64,000 nucleotides of DNA from Thermoplasmata archaeon (GTDB lineage Archaea; Thermoplasmatota; Thermoplasmata; UBA10834): positions 51,608-115,607 of the forward strand of contig JACZKW010000104.1 of NCBI GenBank assembly GCA_014859835.1. Reading direction: 5' to 3'. The first letter of the stretch is position 1. Each line of letters starts with the position of its first letter. A program made the translations under genes and the position numbers. This document shows positions 60,426-64,000 of the stretch, piece by piece. Below the pieces are notes generated by a model that was not told where the DNA came from, ran no database searches, and saw only the letters and a program-made list of their open reading frames with translations.

Positions 60426-61250
60426 GTGAAGATCATAGTCACTTCCTCCGAGGACAATGCTTCGATGAACATCAGATCCAGACTCCTTGAAAGGTCTGGA
60501 TGGTTAGAGGGCGGCATGTTCGAGGAGCACCCGATCCTCCGCAGAGACGATTTCGCGATGGTCCAGGTAGATCGCATACACCTGGACGAGGATAACATCG
60601 ATGATCGGGTTTCGAAAGTTCTAGGATGTGAGACAGAGGTCGTCATATTCGCTTCCAGGCACAAGGCCGCGTCCAAGATACCAACACTGACGGTCCATCC
60701 GATCGGCAATTATTCTTCTGCGGATTTCGGAGGGAAGAGCGGCACTCTGTGCAGGACGCATCCGGGCTTCATGACATCCGCTTTAAGATGCCTCTCGAGG
60801 GAGGCGCAGGGCATGGGATTCGATGTTTCGTTCGAGACCACACACCACGGTCCGCTGCTCCTCACCGCACCTGCGTTTTACATCGAGATAGGAAGCTACG
60901 AGGAACTCTGGGGAAGAGAGGATGCAGCGGAAGCCATAGCGACATCGATACTTTCTGTGTCAGATGATGGATACCCATCCGTCATTGGAGTCGGCGGGGG
61001 GCATTACGCACCGAGATACACGGACATCGCCTTGTCCAGAAAGGTCTCGATAGGCCATATGGCAGCCAACTACGCACTCGATTCGTTGAGCGATGAGATG
61101 ATATTGCAGATGGATCAGAAGAGCGACGATGCGAAGATCGTCTACTTCCACAAGAAGAGCATGTCGAAACCGATCTACAGGGGTCTGAGCGAGAGGTTCG
61201 CTGCGCTCGGGATCAGGGAAGTGAGGAGTGAGGAATTCGAGCCGCTCTGA
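60426..61250 (+). CDS. dtdA: D-aminoacyl-tRNA deacylase (DTD2)
   Basis: S..D.AS.NI, FASRH, LTVHPIGN, ETTHHGP, IEIGS, GGGHYAP. Confidence 0.93.
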   Translation: MKIIVTSSEDNASMNIRSRLLERSGWLEGGMFEEHPILRRDDFAMVQVDRIHLDEDNIDDRVSKVLGCETEVVIFASRHKAASKIPTLTVHPIGNYSSADFGGKSGTLCRTHPGFMTSALRCLSREAQGMGFDVSFETTHHGPLLLTAPAFYIEIGSYEELWGREDAAEAIATSILSVSDDGYPSVIGVGGGHYAPRYTDIALSRKVSIGHMAANYALDSLSDEMILQMDQKSDDAKIVYFHKKSMSKPIYRGLSERFAALGIREVRSEEFEPL

Positions 61251-61251
61251 A

Positions 61252-61935
61252 TCACTCGACCAACGTACCAGAGAAGCTCGAGCCACATAGCGCGTTCTTC
61301 AGGTTGCCGATATCAGTGCCGTCCACTATGGCCAACTGGATCTTGTTCTTGGCGATTACCTGCGATCCTGCAGGATCGAACACCACATTCGGCCCCGCCC
61401 CAAGGGGATCAGTGCCGACCAACTTGATGAGCGCTTCGTGGGTCATCCTTGGTATCTTCTTTGCGTTGCTGTCCTTCTTCGGGTCCGCAGTGTAAGCGCC
61501 GTCCACCGATGTGGCGTTGACGAGGCGTTTCGCCCCGATACGTTCCGCGAGATATGCCGACACGGCGTCAGTTGTTATCCCGGGGCTCACACCGCCCATG
61601 ACGACTATGCTGTGTTCCATGCTAGCAACTGCAGCCTCGTCGTATGTTCGAGGTGGTTCGGGAGATGCGTGTGCACCGAGCGCGGTTATCAAAAGCCGCG
61701 CGTTCAGCCTGGTCGTCTCGATGCCCATGATGTCGAGAGCCTTCTCGTCAGCACCGAGAGCACGGCCGTTATTGATGTAGAACCGTGCGATCCTTCCTCC
61801 ACCGGTCACGACATACACCTTGTGTTTAGACGAGATTTCGATGAGCATCTTGGACAATTTCTTTATGAAATCCGAGGAGTCTGGATCCCTCACCAGTATC
61901 GATCCGCCAAGGGACAAAACGACTGCATCCATCAT
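61252..61935 (-). CDS. pyrH: uridylate kinase
   Basis: LSLGGS, VTGGG..AR, PGITTDAV, VDGAYTADPK. Confidence 0.94.
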   Translation of the reverse strand: MMDAVVLSLGGSILVRDPDSSDFIKKLSKMLIEISSKHKVYVVTGGGRIARFYINNGRALGADEKALDIMGIETTRLNARLLITALGAHASPEPPRTYDEAAVASMEHSIVVMGGVSPGITTDAVSAYLAERIGAKRLVNATSVDGAYTADPKKDSNAKKIPRMTHEALIKLVGTDPLGAGPNVVFDPAGSQVIAKNKIQLAIVDGTDIGNLKNALCGSSFSGTLVE

Positions 61936-61997
61936 GGTCAACCTTTATAATGACGAACGCTCTAACCTGTACAAAAAGCTTCGGACTGGATTCTCGT

Positions 61998-63224
61998 ATG
62001 ACTGAGCTAACGGAACTGCAGAAATACGAGTTCAGGAGAAGCCTCGAGGAGGTCGAGAAGATCTCCGGCAGAGGCACGGAACTCATATCGCTGTACATAC
62101 CGCCTACGAGGCAGATCTCGGATGTTGCTGCCTACCTGAGGAATGAGTACTCTCAATCCTCGAACATAAAGAGCGCGAGCACGAGAAAGAACGTCCAAGC
62201 GGCCATATCATCAATCCTCTCGAGGTTGAAAGGGCAGCGACAGCCGCCAGGGAACGGCCTCGTCTTCTTCGTGGGGCACAAGTCGACCTCGGCAGACCAG
62301 ACATCGATGGTTCAATACTCTATTGAGCCTCCAGACGTAGTCCAGACTTTCATATACAGATGCGATTCCGGCTTCTTCACCGAACCACTCATTCAGATGC
62401 TGGAGCAGAAGGACTCCTATGGGCTGATAGTCATCGACAGGGGCGAAGCGACGATAGGGCTCCTGCATGGAAAACGGATCATACCGATCAAGAACATACC
62501 GTCACTGGTCCCCAGCAAGCATGGCAGGGGCGGTCAATCCGCCCGAAGGTTCGAACGGTTGATCGAGATAGCGGCTCACGAATTCTACACGAAGGTGGCG
62601 GATGTCGTAAACGAATCGTTTCTGACGAACAAGAATCTGAAGGGAGTGCTCATAGGAGGACCCGGACCAACGAAGGAATATTTCGTCAAGAGCGAGTACC
62701 TTCATTATGAGCTCCAGAACAAGATCATAGACACATTCGACGTCGGGTACACGGACGAGTACGGCCTCAGGGAACTGGTCGAGAAGGCAAGGGATGCTCT
62801 CAAGGGCATTGACCTCATGAGGGAGAAGAACCTGATGCAGCGACTGTTCGAAGAGATCAGGAAGGCGGATGGTGGTCTCTCGATATACGGCGAGGAACAG
62901 GTCAGGAACGCCCTTATGATCGGTGCCGTGGACGCTCTCCTGCTATCAGAGGACATGAGGAGGGTGAGGCTCAAACTCACATGCCCCAGCTGCGGGTTCC
63001 AGAAGGAAGCGATGACCCAGAACTCGTCAGACAATATCAAGTGCGATAAATGCCAGACCGTCATGAGGGCAGATGACGTCGAGGACCTCGTCGAAGAGCT
63101 TCACAAAACGGCGGATGCCAACAATACTAAGGTTGAATTCATATCTGGAGAGTCGGAGGAAGGCGAGCTGTTGAAGAAGGCGTTCGGCGGCATTGCAGGC
63201 ATACTTAGATTCCGGGTGAACTGA
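61998..63224 (+). CDS. prf1: peptide chain release factor aRF1
   Basis: GTELISLYIP, NIKS, YRCD, GGQS, FGGIAGILRF. Confidence 0.97.
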   Translation: MTELTELQKYEFRRSLEEVEKISGRGTELISLYIPPTRQISDVAAYLRNEYSQSSNIKSASTRKNVQAAISSILSRLKGQRQPPGNGLVFFVGHKSTSADQTSMVQYSIEPPDVVQTFIYRCDSGFFTEPLIQMLEQKDSYGLIVIDRGEATIGLLHGKRIIPIKNIPSLVPSKHGRGGQSARRFERLIEIAAHEFYTKVADVVNESFLTNKNLKGVLIGGPGPTKEYFVKSEYLHYELQNKIIDTFDVGYTDEYGLRELVEKARDALKGIDLMREKNLMQRLFEEIRKADGGLSIYGEEQVRNALMIGAVDALLLSEDMRRVRLKLTCPSCGFQKEAMTQNSSDNIKCDKCQTVMRADDVEDLVEELHKTADANNTKVEFISGESEEGELLKKAFGGIAGILRFRVN

Positions 63225-63226
63225 GT

Positions 63227-64000
63227 ATGGTTTCAGACACTTTCAGCCGATTCAAATCTGAGGTTTCGACGGTTCTGACAGATGCACTGGCAAAGCTCGG
63301 CGTCGATTCACCGGTAGTGCTCGACATGGCGCCTGAGGGCATGGGAGACCTCGCGTTCCCGTGCTTCCCATTGGCGAAGCAGATGAGGAAAGCGCCCAAC
63401 CTGATCGCCCAGGAGCTGGCATCATCGATCATGGCGGACGACCTTATAGAGAAGGTCGAGGCCAATGGCGGATATGTCAATTTCCATGTCGGATACGACG
63501 GGCTAGCCCAATCAGTCCTCGAGGACGCACTGGCCAGGAAGGACAGGTATGGCGCAGGTGAGCCGAAGAAAGAGAAGATATTGTTGGAACACACGAGCGC
63601 AAATCCTACGGGCCCGCTGCATGTGGGCCGGGCCAGGAACCCGATCATAGGCGATACTCTGGCGCGAGTGATGCGCATGGCGGGGTACGATGTCTCGACC
63701 GAATTCTACGTGAACGATGTCGGTCGACAGGTCGTCGTGATGACCTGGGGCGTGAAGCATCTCAAGCTGGATGATGAGCCCGACAGAGATGCGGACCACT
63801 ACCGTTATGTCCTATACTATCAGAAGGCGAACAAGTGCGCAGAGGAGGATCCAGCCATCCTGAAACAGATGGACGAGATGCTCTACAAGCTCGAGCACGG
63901 GGACGAGGAGACCGTCGCCATAGCGAGAGAGAACTGCGAGCGCGTGCTCCAAGAGATAAAGAAGAGCATGAAGAGATTGAACATCGAATACGATGGGATC
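63227..64000 (+). CDS. argS: arginine--tRNA ligase, 3'-partial (not in the ORF track)
   Basis: ATG at 63227: GDLAFPCFPLAK...GGYVNF...EHTSANPTGPLHVGRARN..IGD...YVNDVGRQ; runs off the window. Confidence 0.95.
   Translation, partial: MVSDTFSRFKSEVSTVLTDALAKLGVDSPVVLDMAPEGMGDLAFPCFPLAKQMRKAPNLIAQELASSIMADDLIEKVEANGGYVNFHVGYDGLAQSVLEDALARKDRYGAGEPKKEKILLEHTSANPTGPLHVGRARNPIIGDTLARVMRMAGYDVSTEFYVNDVGRQVVVMTWGVKHLKLDDEPDRDADHYRYVLYYQKANKCAEEDPAILKQMDEMLYKLEHGDEETVAIARENCERVLQEIKKSMKRLNIEYDGI

Overview
Archaeal chromosomal window, most consistent with a Thermoplasmata lineage. This is inferred from archaeal information-processing genes (rpoL, rpoN, L18e-L13-S9, aRF1, PAN, thermosome, Hef, DTD2) together with grpE-dnaK-dnaJ and a bacterial-type folP. 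It holds about 65 CDS (mostly housekeeping), one tRNA-Pro(GGG) and three decayed genes; I saw no CRISPR array, rRNA or transposase. The standout is a compact minus-strand cluster at 43636-45894 encoding E1, a ubiquitin-like protein ending in Gly-Gly, a UBC-type E2 with HPN motif and catalytic Cys, and an Rpn11/CSN5-like JAMM protease. It looks like a eukaryote-style ubiquitin conjugation/deconjugation cassette with no E3, and its Ubl appears to start at a non-canonical CTG. Other points: a Hef with an apparently dead nuclease site, a haloarchaea-type phosphomevalonate decarboxylase, a CBS+HPF-like ribosome hibernation factor, a non-pyrrolysine MttB, two broken DNA-repair genes and several candidate structured RNAs. 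All calls come from motif recognition by eye; no searches were run, and adjusted start codons are best guesses.
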